From NCBI GenBank assembly GCA_964463485.1, contig CAYXDO010000010.1, positions 34,105 through 98,104 on the forward strand: a stretch of 64,000 nt of DNA, written 5' to 3'. This DNA comes from an uncultured Myxococcales bacterium. Lineage in GTDB: Bacteria; Myxococcota; Kuafuiibacteriia; Kuafuiibacteriales; Kuafuiibacteriaceae. The notes under the pieces were generated by a model that had not been told where the DNA came from, did no database searches, and saw only the letters and a list, made by a program, of their open reading frames with translations. Each line of letters starts with the position of its first letter. The stretch's first letter is position 1. Below, piece after piece: positions 28,714 through 38,416 of this stretch. Made by a program: the position numbers and the translations under genes.

Positions 28714-29142
28714 TCAAGCTTTCTTGCCGAGCTTGCGGAGGGCGCGCTCGCGTTCTTTGCGCCCGTTCTTCGAAGCGAGCTTCTGCTCGGGAGTCAGCTT
28801 TTTCGGGCGATCCGACAGTCGTTGTCGAGCGAGGTCGAGGAGGCGGGCCTTCGAGAAGGTGGCCAGCTTGTTGCGAAAGATCTCGTCGGCCGTGAGGCCG
28901 GCGGTCTTCCTCGCGCTCATCAAGTGCTCGACGAGCTTGGTTCGATCGCCGAAGCGCTCACGGACCTTCTGTTCGACCTGGTACAGGTGCAGGAGCTTCT
29001 TGTTGGAGAGCGACGAGAGTCGACCTTTGAGCTTCTCGGGTCCTTCTCCGGCGAGGTCGTCGACCAGCGGAGCCAGCTTTTCGACGAGCGCTTTTTTGCC
29101 GCCGAAGGTCTTGTTCACCACGGCAGCGGGTGCGGGCTTCAT
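28714..29142 (-). CDS. Small basic (Lys-rich) hypothetical protein
   Basis: Start at MKPAPAAVVNKTFGGKK. Highly basic throughout. Possibly nucleic-acid-binding. Confidence 0.45.
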   Translation of the reverse strand: MKPAPAAVVNKTFGGKKALVEKLAPLVDDLAGEGPEKLKGRLSSLSNKKLLHLYQVEQKVRERFGDRTKLVEHLMSARKTAGLTADEIFRNKLATFSKARLLDLARQRLSDRPKKLTPEQKLASKNGRKERERALRKLGKKA

Positions 29143-29447
29143 TCTTGTTCCTCCAGTGCGCGCCAGGGCATGCCCCGGCATGGCGTTGGGTTGGCTACTC
29201 GATGCGAGCAAAGAGTGCAAGCGGGGCGTGACGCCCGCCCAAGCCAACGACACCGACGAGCATGCTGTGGAATCTCATTCGCTCGGGCCTTCCCGAACTG
29301 CAGAGTCACATCGACACCCAAAACGGACCCCATCGCCCGCCGCTCGACGCCCTTGGACGCGGCGAATCGAGGTTGAGCCTCGATGGCCAACCTGGAACAA
29401 TGGACCGTGTTTCGCGCCTCGGACGCGAATCCCTGGGACGTCTCGGA

Positions 29448-31337
29448 ATGAAAAACAGAGCCGCTTTGCTCATGCTCCTCGTGACCGCTGGCTGCGTCGG
29501 CGACACCCCCGGCGGGTCGATGGGGCCGCCCGATCCGTCTCGGATCGTCGTGTTCTACCAGCTCGACGGGCTCGTCCGCGGCCGAGGTTCCCCAGGGGCA
29601 CTCGGCTCCGAGGCCAAGTACGTCTACGTCGCCGCCCATCCCTCCGAAACCGTGACCGTCCCCGAAGTCTCCGAAGACGGTTCGTTCTTCTTCTCCATCT
29701 CCGCGAGCTCCCGGGACCTGCTCGAAGTCGCCGGCGCTCGGGACTTGCAGGGCTCGGAGCGCGGCACTTCGATCTTCGTCTCGATCCCACCCACCCCGCT
29801 TCCCGAGGTCGACTACATCTGCTGTATCAGCGAAGGGGCCTCGCGCGGAAACTGCCAACCCGCCGACGCCGAGCGAATCTGCAGCGCGAGCGGCGCGATC
29901 ATCAACCCGTGCACCAGCGATCGCGAGTGCGCGCAGTTCTCGGGCAATTCGATCAGCCTGGCCGAAGGTGCGATCACGATCTCCCCACCCGACGAAGACG
30001 GTCGCTCGATCATCGGCGCGTCTGGAAAGCTGCCGCCGTTCGCGTTGGTGAGCATCGAGAATCGCGGGCAGAGCGGCGTAGGCGGAGTGCTCCCGCGTTT
30101 TCGCACCGGCGCGATCACGTCCGACGACGGGAGCTTCTCGGTCCGAGCGTTCGCGCGGGCCGACGACGAGTTCGTCTTCCAGGTACACGACTACGAAGGT
30201 TATCGCTCGCTGCGCCACGCCGTGTACGTGCCCGACGCCGATCTGATCGGGCTCGATGTCGTCGGCGTGTTTCCTTACGCGCCGTTGGGCGAGGGGCGAC
30301 TCGGCAGGGTCGCGGTGCGCTACGCGCCAGCAGGCCGTGACGGCCTCGGAATCTGTCCGGACAGCGATGAAGGTCCCGCGCTCTGCTTCAGCGGGGGCAA
30401 GGTCGGCGACGGCAAGGTCGACGGAGGCCTCGACTTCGACATGATTCGCATCAACCAGTTCAAGATCGGCGATTCGGTCGTCGACGACCTCCGGCCTGCG
30501 GAGACGTCCCCGCTGACGTTCCCGGCGAACAAGTTCACCGACGGAGACGTCCTCGGTGGCCCGCAGACGATGATGTTGGTGATCGAGCTCTCGCTCGAAG
30601 CCTTCGTGAAGGGCCGGGCCATCGGCCAAACCGCAGGCCCCGGCGCCGACTTCCTCGCGATGATGTCGGCGGCTCGATATTTCGTCAGCTCCTTGAGAGC
30701 TCGCGACCAACTAGGCCTGGTAGTGTTTGGCTTGGACGCGGAGTCCCAAGTCTTCTCCGAGCCGACCTCCGATCGGGCCGCGCTCTTCGCCGCTCTCGAT
30801 CGCGCGGCTCGCGAAGCCGAGCTCGCCGCGTCCGTGCCCAATCGAAATCGGTTCTTCCGCGGCTTGCTTGGAGCTGGAGAGAAGCTGGCGAGCATTCCGC
30901 GTCTGGAGCGCGGATCGATCGTCGCGCTGTTGTTGTCCGACCCGCGGGACACGCTCGAGGTCTTCCAGGACGTGATCAACATCGTCACTCCCGACCCAGA
31001 CACGGGTGAAGCGGGCTTTCCGGTGTACATCGTGTCCGCTGGGCTGCAGAACGCGTACCGCGCTACGGAGATCAACGACGTGGCGCAATTCAGCTTGGGT
31101 TCTTATGTGAATGCTGTGGACGGATCCGGGCTGTTTCAGGCGGTGGCGGAGCTCACCGGACGTGTCTCTGGCGCGTATATCCTCGTCTACGACCTCACCG
31201 TGCCCCTCGGAGTCGGGAAGACGCCGGCCGTCGAGGTCGACGCCGAGCTGACGCTGCCCCAAGCCGATGGGAACCCAAAGACAGTCTCGGGCGTTTTCCA
31301 AGGCACCCTCGAGGTGCGAGACGCGCCAGGCCCGTGA
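29448..31337 (+). CDS. Lipoprotein with C-terminal vWA-like domain
   Basis: Start MKNRAALLMLLVTAGC (lipobox). C-terminal LGLVVFGLDAESQVF...vWA-like. Confidence 0.6.
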   Translation: MKNRAALLMLLVTAGCVGDTPGGSMGPPDPSRIVVFYQLDGLVRGRGSPGALGSEAKYVYVAAHPSETVTVPEVSEDGSFFFSISASSRDLLEVAGARDLQGSERGTSIFVSIPPTPLPEVDYICCISEGASRGNCQPADAERICSASGAIINPCTSDRECAQFSGNSISLAEGAITISPPDEDGRSIIGASGKLPPFALVSIENRGQSGVGGVLPRFRTGAITSDDGSFSVRAFARADDEFVFQVHDYEGYRSLRHAVYVPDADLIGLDVVGVFPYAPLGEGRLGRVAVRYAPAGRDGLGICPDSDEGPALCFSGGKVGDGKVDGGLDFDMIRINQFKIGDSVVDDLRPAETSPLTFPANKFTDGDVLGGPQTMMLVIELSLEAFVKGRAIGQTAGPGADFLAMMSAARYFVSSLRARDQLGLVVFGLDAESQVFSEPTSDRAALFAALDRAAREAELAASVPNRNRFFRGLLGAGEKLASIPRLERGSIVALLLSDPRDTLEVFQDVINIVTPDPDTGEAGFPVYIVSAGLQNAYRATEINDVAQFSLGSYVNAVDGSGLFQAVAELTGRVSGAYILVYDLTVPLGVGKTPAVEVDAELTLPQADGNPKTVSGVFQGTLEVRDAPGP

Positions 31338-31363
31338 CCAAACGCGTTCCCGAAGGAGTACTC

Positions 31364-34300
31364 ATGCGCTTTCTGATCCGAGTCTTCGCCGTCTCGTGTG
31401 CCTGTGTCGCGATGGGCGTTGGAGGCTTTCTCACCTCGAAGCTTCGAGCCCAGCACACCCCAGACCTCATCGCAGCGGCCGGCGCAGATCGCGGCATTTT
31501 TGGCGCTGCGGAGGGATCGTCGAGCGATGGCGACTATCGCATCTCGGCGCTGTCCGTCTTCTCGACCGTGGCGCTCCACGTGAAAGACAACTACGTGGAC
31601 CCCCAACGAATCCATCCCAAGGAGATGCTCGTCGAAGCCCTCGACGAGATCGAGCGGGAGGTCCCGGAAGTGCTCGTGGAGCCGGCGGGCGAAGGCAAAG
31701 TTCGGGTCGGAGTCCCTCAACACGAACGGGTGTTCGAAATTGGCGATGTCGAGAGCTTGTGGGAAGTGAATTTGAGACTTCGAGAGATCTTCCGATTTCT
31801 CGAGAAACACATGCCGCCCCAAAAAGACCCTCGCAACATCGAATACGCGGCGGTCAACGGAGCGCTCTCGACGCTCGATCCGCACTCCGTCCTGCTCAAG
31901 CCGGAAGCCTTCGCGGAGATGAAGACGTCCACCAAAGGTGAGTTCGGCGGCCTCGGCATCGTGATTTCGGTCCGCGACGGAAAGCTGACCATCATGTCGC
32001 CGCTCGACGGCACGCCGGCCACCCGCGCCGGCCTCAAAGCCCTCGACGTCATCGAACGGATCGGAGACGTGTCGACGGTGTCCATGCCGATCGAGGACGC
32101 CGTTCAGCGGCTGCGCGGCCCAGAAGGTTCCAAAGTCACCATCTGGGTGTCGCGAAAAGGCTGGCCGGAAGCCAAGAAGTTCACGCTGACGCGCGAAATC
32201 ATCAAGATCGAGTCAGTCGAAGGAAAGCTCCTGACCGAGTCGATCGGCTACGTCCGGATCAAGAACTTCCAACAGAACACCGGTGAAGACCTCGAGACCA
32301 CCATCACGAAGCTCCAGAAGGAGAACAAGAGCCCCCTCAAGGGTCTGGTGCTCGACCTTCGCAACAACCCCGGCGGGCTCCTCGAGCAAGCCATCCGTGT
32401 CTCCGACACCTTCTTGAGCTCGGGCGACATCGTGACGACCGTTGGCTACGGCAACAAGCTCCGCGAGCCGAAGCGCGCCCAGTGGTCGGGTTCGGATATC
32501 GACATCCCCGTGGCCGTCATCGTGAATAACGGCTCCGCATCGGCCTCCGAAATCGTCGCCGGCGCGCTCAAGAACCTCGACCGCGCCATCATCGTCGGCG
32601 AACGCACCTTCGGAAAAGGCTCCGTACAGGTGCTCTACGACTTCCCGGACAGCTCCGCGCTGAAGCTCACCATCGCCCAATACTTGACCCCTGGAAACGT
32701 CTCCATTCAGAACGTCGGCGTCGCGCCAGATGTCGCACTCACGCCTGCATGGATCGACGCCGACCTGGTGCGGCTCTTCTCCAAGCAAGACGAGCATCGT
32801 GAAGATGCGCTCACCAAACACCTCGATCGCGCGGACCCGCCGCCCGATGAAAAGCCGAGCTACTCGCTCACGTATTTCGTCGAGAAGAAAGACGTCGAGC
32901 CCGAGGCCTCGGAGACCGAGGGCGGCGCGGAGGCCGAAGCGCCGGCCTACGACGCCATTCGCGAAGACCTTCTCATCAAATTTACCCGCGAGCTGCTCGT
33001 CAGCGCAGGGCGCTCCAAACGATCCGAGATGCTCAAAGCATCCCAGCGATTCATCTCCGAACGTGCCAACCTCGAAGAGGAGCGGATCACTCAAGCCGTC
33101 CAAAAACTCGGCATCCCGTGGGTGAAGAGCAGCGCGCCGAGGTCGACCACACCGATCGCCGCGGTCTCCGCGGAGCTCCGGATCATCGAGGGCGCGTCGG
33201 AAAAAGGGGACGTGAAGGCTGGAAACGAGGTCAAGGTCGAAGCCAAAGTCACCAACAACGGCGTGTCGCTTTTGTCCCGGGTGCGCGGAGAGATTTCGAC
33301 CGACAACCCGGCGTTCCGGGGCCGCGGTGAGATGCTCTTCGGCACCCTCGAGCCGGGCGCTTCGCGGACTTTCGTCATCAAGACCAAAATCCCAAAGGAA
33401 GCGTCGTCTCGCTCGGACGTGCTCACCTTGAAGCTGGACGCGGACGAAGGTCCCATCGAGGTGGCTCCAAAGCTCGCTTTCATGACTCAGTACGTCCCAC
33501 ACCCCACCTTCGCCTATGGATACATCATCAACGACGCCGACCGTGGTGACGGTGACGGCATCCTCGAGCGTGGGGAAGGCGTGCGCTTCGATACTTTGAT
33601 CTCCAACATAGGCGAAGGCATGGCCGACGAGGTCACGGTCCGCATCAAGACGGGCGCTGGCGAGAACCTCTTTTTGGAAAAGGGACGGGTTGAGGTGGGC
33701 GCGCTCGCGCCCGGCGAGACGAAGGTCGCCTCGCTCGAATTCCGAATTCCAGAGACGATCAAGATCGAGGGCGCCTCCAGCCAGGCCACTCTGCCCATCG
33801 AGTTGACTGTCTGGGACGGATCGACCGGGGAGTGGCTGGAAGACGAAATCAACCTCCAGGCCTTTGCGCCCGCGCCGACTCAGGTAGCAAAGAAGGCGGG
33901 CGTAGGGGTCGCGAACGCCGACCTCGCGGTTCGCGCCGGAGCGAGCCCTGATTCGCCCGTGATCGCTACTCTCCCCGTCGGCAGCGCCGTGAAGTCCGAC
34001 GCCGTGGTCGGTGCGTACGTGCGCGTTCCGTTGTTGGGCGGGGCAACTCGGGCCTTCGTAAAGGCAGACGCAGTCCAGAACAAGAAACCCAAGAAGTCCG
34101 AGGATCCTGTAGCCACCTTCATTCCCATGAGGCGACCCCCGGAGATTCGGATCGAGGGACAGCTCGGCGGCCGCGTGGTCTCGACGCCCACCGTGGAGCT
34201 CACGGGTACGGTGCTCGGGCGCGCGGTGCGTGACGTGTACGTGATCTCGAACGACCAGAAGCTGATTTACGAGGCGGGCCCAGTGGTCTCCGCCAAACCC

Positions 34301-34540
34301 GCCTCGGCCGAGTGGGCGCCGCCCGACGACGCGGCCGCGACTTTGCCTTTCAAGGCCACCGTGCCTTTGACGGACGGCCAAAACAAGATCGTGATCGTGG
34401 CGAGGCTCGACGAGCGAGTGATGTCGATCCGAACCGTTTTCGTGTCGCGAATCGAAGCCACGCAGCCGCCTGCGCCGGCCGTTGCCGAGGCAACTCAGCC
34501 CGCAACTCAGCCTAACGCCGCGGAGCGCAAAACGAACTGA
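31364..34540 (+). CDS. S41 family C-terminal processing peptidase with PDZ domain and ~600-aa C-terminal extension
   Basis: AAGGAG Shine-Dalgarno 6 nt before the ATG at 31364. PDZ (GEFGGLGIVISVRDGKLTIMSPLDGTPATRAGL). S41 catalytic region GLVLDLRNNPGG...NNGSASASEI...GERTFGKGSVQ. Confidence 0.8.
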   Translation: MRFLIRVFAVSCACVAMGVGGFLTSKLRAQHTPDLIAAAGADRGIFGAAEGSSSDGDYRISALSVFSTVALHVKDNYVDPQRIHPKEMLVEALDEIEREVPEVLVEPAGEGKVRVGVPQHERVFEIGDVESLWEVNLRLREIFRFLEKHMPPQKDPRNIEYAAVNGALSTLDPHSVLLKPEAFAEMKTSTKGEFGGLGIVISVRDGKLTIMSPLDGTPATRAGLKALDVIERIGDVSTVSMPIEDAVQRLRGPEGSKVTIWVSRKGWPEAKKFTLTREIIKIESVEGKLLTESIGYVRIKNFQQNTGEDLETTITKLQKENKSPLKGLVLDLRNNPGGLLEQAIRVSDTFLSSGDIVTTVGYGNKLREPKRAQWSGSDIDIPVAVIVNNGSASASEIVAGALKNLDRAIIVGERTFGKGSVQVLYDFPDSSALKLTIAQYLTPGNVSIQNVGVAPDVALTPAWIDADLVRLFSKQDEHREDALTKHLDRADPPPDEKPSYSLTYFVEKKDVEPEASETEGGAEAEAPAYDAIREDLLIKFTRELLVSAGRSKRSEMLKASQRFISERANLEEERITQAVQKLGIPWVKSSAPRSTTPIAAVSAELRIIEGASEKGDVKAGNEVKVEAKVTNNGVSLLSRVRGEISTDNPAFRGRGEMLFGTLEPGASRTFVIKTKIPKEASSRSDVLTLKLDADEGPIEVAPKLAFMTQYVPHPTFAYGYIINDADRGDGDGILERGEGVRFDTLISNIGEGMADEVTVRIKTGAGENLFLEKGRVEVGALAPGETKVASLEFRIPETIKIEGASSQATLPIELTVWDGSTGEWLEDEINLQAFAPAPTQVAKKAGVGVANADLAVRAGASPDSPVIATLPVGSAVKSDAVVGAYVRVPLLGGATRAFVKADAVQNKKPKKSEDPVATFIPMRRPPEIRIEGQLGGRVVSTPTVELTGTVLGRAVRDVYVISNDQKLIYEAGPVVSAKPASAEWAPPDDAAATLPFKATVPLTDGQNKIVIVARLDERVMSIRTVFVSRIEATQPPAPAVAEATQPATQPNAAERKTN

Positions 34541-35066
34541 CTCGTCCTCCGCGCCGCGCTTCCGGGGCCGAGAAGCCTTCGCCGGCGAGCAACCTGAGAA
34601 TCCACCGAGTGAGCCGCCCAGACTCTTCCTTGGCGCTTCCGAAGATCGGGATCTCCTTCTTCGACATCCAGACCTTGGGCGCCACTGGGATGGAGCGAGC
34701 GGACGCCCGACGAGACACGACAGGCCGCTCCAAGTCGGAGAGTCCCTCCCGAATCAAACGAGTCACCGCCTCCTTGCGCAAGTAGCCGAGCTCGAGGAAC
34801 TTGAGGTGGACGAACACGCCCTGATCGAGCTCAGAGGCGCCGACGACCTGACAGGTCGCGGTGTGGAGCTTGGCGCTGCTGGGCGTCGCAAAGGACACCC
34901 GAAAGCGCTCCACGCGGGGCTCGGAGGGAAGTAAGAATCCCACGCCTCCGATCGAGAAATCTCCGAGCTCCTCCGAGATCCCTCGATCGTCTCCCAGCCC
35001 GCGCACGAAGAGCTTGGTGGGGATGCGAGGACTGATTCGGCGTTCCGAGCGACGATCCAAATTCAT
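34512..35066 (-). CDS. PilZ domain protein (c-di-GMP binding)
   Basis: RRSERRISPR...DFSIGGVGF = RxxxR...D/NxSxxG PilZ signature. The 3' end overlaps the S41 gene convergently by 29 nt. Confidence 0.7.
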   Translation of the reverse strand: MNLDRRSERRISPRIPTKLFVRGLGDDRGISEELGDFSIGGVGFLLPSEPRVERFRVSFATPSSAKLHTATCQVVGASELDQGVFVHLKFLELGYLRKEAVTRLIREGLSDLERPVVSRRASARSIPVAPKVWMSKKEIPIFGSAKEESGRLTRWILRLLAGEGFSAPEARRGGRVSSFCAPRR

Positions 35067-35190
35067 GTGCGCGATCCTCGTACCGCGAGCCGAATCGGTC
35101 AAAATTGGGGGCAGGTCCGCGTCCGCCTTAGGTGAATGGGTCGCGACGTCACCGTGGACTCCGTGCCTTCGGCCTGGTTGAGATCCGGAG

Positions 35191-35589
35191 GTGAGCGCAA
35201 AAACCGCCCTGCTGATCGGAGCCATCTTCGGATTTTTGGGCGTAGCGTTCGGAGCGTTTGGCGCGCACGTCCTCGAGCCTCGCTTGGAGCCGCGACTCTT
35301 CAGGGCCTTCGAAACCGGCGCGCGCTACCAGCTCATCCACGCCTTGGCGCTGTTGGTCTTGGCGCCGATGATGAGTCGAGCCGACGAACGCTCGCGGCGA
35401 TGGCTTTCGCGAGCGTGTCTTGCGTTCACGGCCGGCATCGGGCTGTTCTCCTTCAGCCTCTATGCGATGGCGCTGAGCGGAGCGCGCGTGCTCGGCGCGA
35501 TCACACCGTTTGGGGGTCTGGCGCTGATGACGGCGTGGATCTTCGTCGCCTTAGCCGCGGTCTCCTACGCAGAGAACTCTCCGAGATGA
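35191..35589 (+). CDS. DUF423 family small membrane protein
   Basis: MSAKTALLIGAIFGFLGVAFGAFGAH. Four TM helices. Confidence 0.7.
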   Translation: MSAKTALLIGAIFGFLGVAFGAFGAHVLEPRLEPRLFRAFETGARYQLIHALALLVLAPMMSRADERSRRWLSRACLAFTAGIGLFSFSLYAMALSGARVLGAITPFGGLALMTAWIFVALAAVSYAENSPR

Positions 35590-35837
35590 TCGAGCTTCGT
35601 CCTGAGCTGCGACTTCCCGAGTCGACGAACATGACTCGGCCAAGTCCCCGTGAGCTCGGCACCACGCTGAAAGCACAGAGGGCGCGGAGAGAAGACACCG
35701 AAGACGCAGAGAAATGCTCGTTCCCATCGCTCTGTGGTCTCTGTGGTTTGTCCGGTGATCACGAACCTCCGAGGACCTGTACTCAGATTCGTCGAATCTC
35801 GGTTGGCCCTCCTTCGCCGCTCGGGTAACGTCACGCC

Positions 35838-37364
35838 GTGGCCGATCCGACGAGGCTCGAGCGCGAACGCGATTTGTACTCGAGCCTCCTGGAGCTGTGG
35901 CAGTGCGAAGATTTGGACCCGGTGCTTCAGCGCGCGTTGACCCTTGCGGTTCAAGCCACAGGCGCTCACCACGGATACTTGGCGGTGTACTCGGGGCGCG
36001 ATCGTTCGTTCACGCCGGAGTGGAGCGTAGCTCACGCTCTCGAAGGCGAGGATCTCGAGCGCGCCCGTCGAGTGATTTCGAGCGGAATCATCGCCAAGGC
36101 GATGGCGACGGGGGAGACGATCCAGACTCCGTCGGCGTTACATGATGAGCGTTTCGCAACGCAGACCAGCGTGCGAGCCTATCGCATTCACGCCGTGCTC
36201 TGCGTTCCGATCCAAGCGGGCGACGCGACGGGGGTGGTCTATCTCCAGGGCGGGCCGGAGGGCCAGCCGTTCGGTCAAGACGATGTTCGCCTGGCCGAGA
36301 TCTTGGCGCGACAAGTCGCGGCGCAAGTCCGGCGATTGTTGATCGTGGCAGCGCGTTCGAAAGATCAGGACCCAACTCAGCCGTTCAGGGAGCGCCTGCA
36401 CGCCGAGGAGATCATCGGGCGCAGCGCGGCGGTCGCCGATTTGCTCCGAAATGTCGCACTCGTCGCACCGCTCGACGTGTCCGTCTTGCTGACGGGACCC
36501 TCGGGCACCGGCAAGACCCTGTTGGCGCGGACCATTCATAGAAACGGTCCTCGGCGGGCCGGACCCTTCGTGGAGTTGAATTGTGCGAGCCTGCCGGAGA
36601 CGACGGCGGAGGCGGAGCTATTCGGGGCGCTGCCGGCGAGCCTGGCAGGGGGCCCCGAAGGTCACGTCGGGAGTGTCTCGGTGGCGCAGGGCGGCACGCT
36701 CTTGCTCGACGAGATCGGAGACCTTCCACTCGGCGCGCAAGCGAAGCTCCTGCAGGTCCTCCAGTCGAAATCATACAACCCGCTGGGTTCGAGTCGGCCG
36801 CGGTCGGCGGACGTTCGCATCATCGCCGCGACCAAGGCACCCATCGAGGAGTTGGTGGAGCGAAAGCTGCTCCGAGAGGATCTCTATTATCGACTCAACG
36901 TGGTCCGCGTGCGTCTGCCAACCCTGGCCGAGCGCGTCGAAGACGTCGGGTTGTTGGCCGATCACTTCCTGACCGCGGCGAGTCACAAACACAACCTTCC
37001 GCGGCTGGACTTGTCCCCGCGCGCACGCACGGTGCTCGAGAACGCCGATTGGCCGGGTCACGTTCGTCACTTGGCGCACGTGGTGGAGGCCGGGCTCATT
37101 CGTGCGTCCGGCGACGCCGATTCCGTGGTGGAGCCGCATCATCTCTTCGAAGAGGCCGAGTCCGAAGGTCGCGAGCCGAGCTTTCACGAGGCCACTCGCA
37201 GATTTCAAAAGAGCCTCTTGGAGCGGGCGCTCGAAGCGACCGACTGGAACGTGATTGAAGCAGCTCGACGGCTCGACCTCGGCCGCAGTCGAGTCTACGC
37301 GCTCATTCGCGCCTACAACCTCGCCCGCAAATCGAACCCTCAGGTCCAGCGTCGACCAGGCTGA
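35838..37364 (+). CDS. GAF-AAA+-HTH NtrC-family regulator lacking the GAFTGA sigma-54 contact motif
   Basis: GAF-like N-terminus. Walker A LLTGPSGTGKTLLA. ELFGA is followed by LPASLAGGPEGHVG where bEBPs carry GAFTGA. C-terminal Fis-type HTH. Confidence 0.8.
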   Translation: MADPTRLERERDLYSSLLELWQCEDLDPVLQRALTLAVQATGAHHGYLAVYSGRDRSFTPEWSVAHALEGEDLERARRVISSGIIAKAMATGETIQTPSALHDERFATQTSVRAYRIHAVLCVPIQAGDATGVVYLQGGPEGQPFGQDDVRLAEILARQVAAQVRRLLIVAARSKDQDPTQPFRERLHAEEIIGRSAAVADLLRNVALVAPLDVSVLLTGPSGTGKTLLARTIHRNGPRRAGPFVELNCASLPETTAEAELFGALPASLAGGPEGHVGSVSVAQGGTLLLDEIGDLPLGAQAKLLQVLQSKSYNPLGSSRPRSADVRIIAATKAPIEELVERKLLREDLYYRLNVVRVRLPTLAERVEDVGLLADHFLTAASHKHNLPRLDLSPRARTVLENADWPGHVRHLAHVVEAGLIRASGDADSVVEPHHLFEEAESEGREPSFHEATRRFQKSLLERALEATDWNVIEAARRLDLGRSRVYALIRAYNLARKSNPQVQRRPG

Positions 37365-37404
37365 AGGTTCAGGGATTTGTCGCAAACGGTGATATAGGAC
37401 GCCG

Positions 37405-38409
37405 GTGGTAGACCTTCTCGACGCCTGCCGCCCGCGCTTCACGTCCGCTACGCGCGGACACGTCGAGAGCTATTTCCTCCGGGCGAATCATCCGACCGAG
37501 CGTAAGGCATTCTGGCTCAAGGCCACCATCTTCAAGCCTCTCCACGGACCAGCGATCGCGGAGACCTGGGCGATCGTGTTCGACGGCGCTGACCGATTTG
37601 CCGAGCGGGAGACCGTACCTCTCGAGTCCGCGCGCTTTCGTGGGTCACCCCCGAGAATCGAGGCCGCCAAGCTCGAAATTCATGTCGACGGCGACGGAGT
37701 GGCCAAGGGCTCGGTTTCGGGACCAACTGGCAGAGCGGAAATAGATCTCGCCTGGACCGTGGAGGCTGGGTCACTCGGCGCGCCCTTGTGCTTGCTCCCG
37801 CTCGAGAGCTTGCTCGACGGTCCCTTCCCGAAGTCGAAGCTCCTGACACCCTACCCTTCACTCGTCTTTCGCGGGCAAATCTCGGCCCCGGGTCGGACGT
37901 TCGCGATCGACGGCTGGCACGGGATGCTCGGGCACAACTGGGGAAAAGAGCACGCCCACGAGTATCTTTGGGGTCAGTGCAACTTCCTGGATGGCTCGGG
38001 GACCGCCGCTTCGGCCGAAGCCTTCACCGCCCGCATCAAAGTGGGACCTGTCGTGAGTCCTCGAATCTCTGCGCTGGTCGTCAGAACCAGAGGACATGAA
38101 TACCGATTCGAACGCCTGTATGACCTCTGGCGCCAGAAAGTCTGGACGGACGAGCTCTACTGGAGCCTCCGGATGCGCAGCGACGTCGCCGAGGCGAGCC
38201 TCACCATGAGGACGTCGTGGAGCGAGGTCGTTTGCTTGGGCTATGATAGCCCGAACGGCAAGCGATCGTTCTGCGTGAATTCCAAGCTCGCCAAGTCCAC
38301 CCTCGAGCTCCGTGCGCCCGGAGAAAACCGAACCTTCGTCTCGGCTCACGGCGGCGCGTTCGAGCTTCTGAGCGGCACCTACGACGCCCGAGCCGGTCGC
38401 GTCGTTTGA
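37405..38409 (+). CDS. Hypothetical protein
   Basis: 334-aa ORF, first gene of an apparent operon with the GMC oxidoreductase and the GT-C glycosyltransferase. Confidence 0.5.
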   Translation: MVDLLDACRPRFTSATRGHVESYFLRANHPTERKAFWLKATIFKPLHGPAIAETWAIVFDGADRFAERETVPLESARFRGSPPRIEAAKLEIHVDGDGVAKGSVSGPTGRAEIDLAWTVEAGSLGAPLCLLPLESLLDGPFPKSKLLTPYPSLVFRGQISAPGRTFAIDGWHGMLGHNWGKEHAHEYLWGQCNFLDGSGTAASAEAFTARIKVGPVVSPRISALVVRTRGHEYRFERLYDLWRQKVWTDELYWSLRMRSDVAEASLTMRTSWSEVVCLGYDSPNGKRSFCVNSKLAKSTLELRAPGENRTFVSAHGGAFELLSGTYDARAGRVV

Positions 38410-38416
38410 GGTCAAA

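Noticed and set aside
32213-34381. 722-aa minus-strand ORF
   Set aside because: Antisense to the S41 protease gene. No motifs. A high-GC frame artefact.
36775-36795. GGTTCGAGTCGG, resembling a tRNA T-loop
   Set aside because: Lies inside the GAF-AAA regulator CDS. No flanking acceptor or anticodon structure. No tRNA found in the window.
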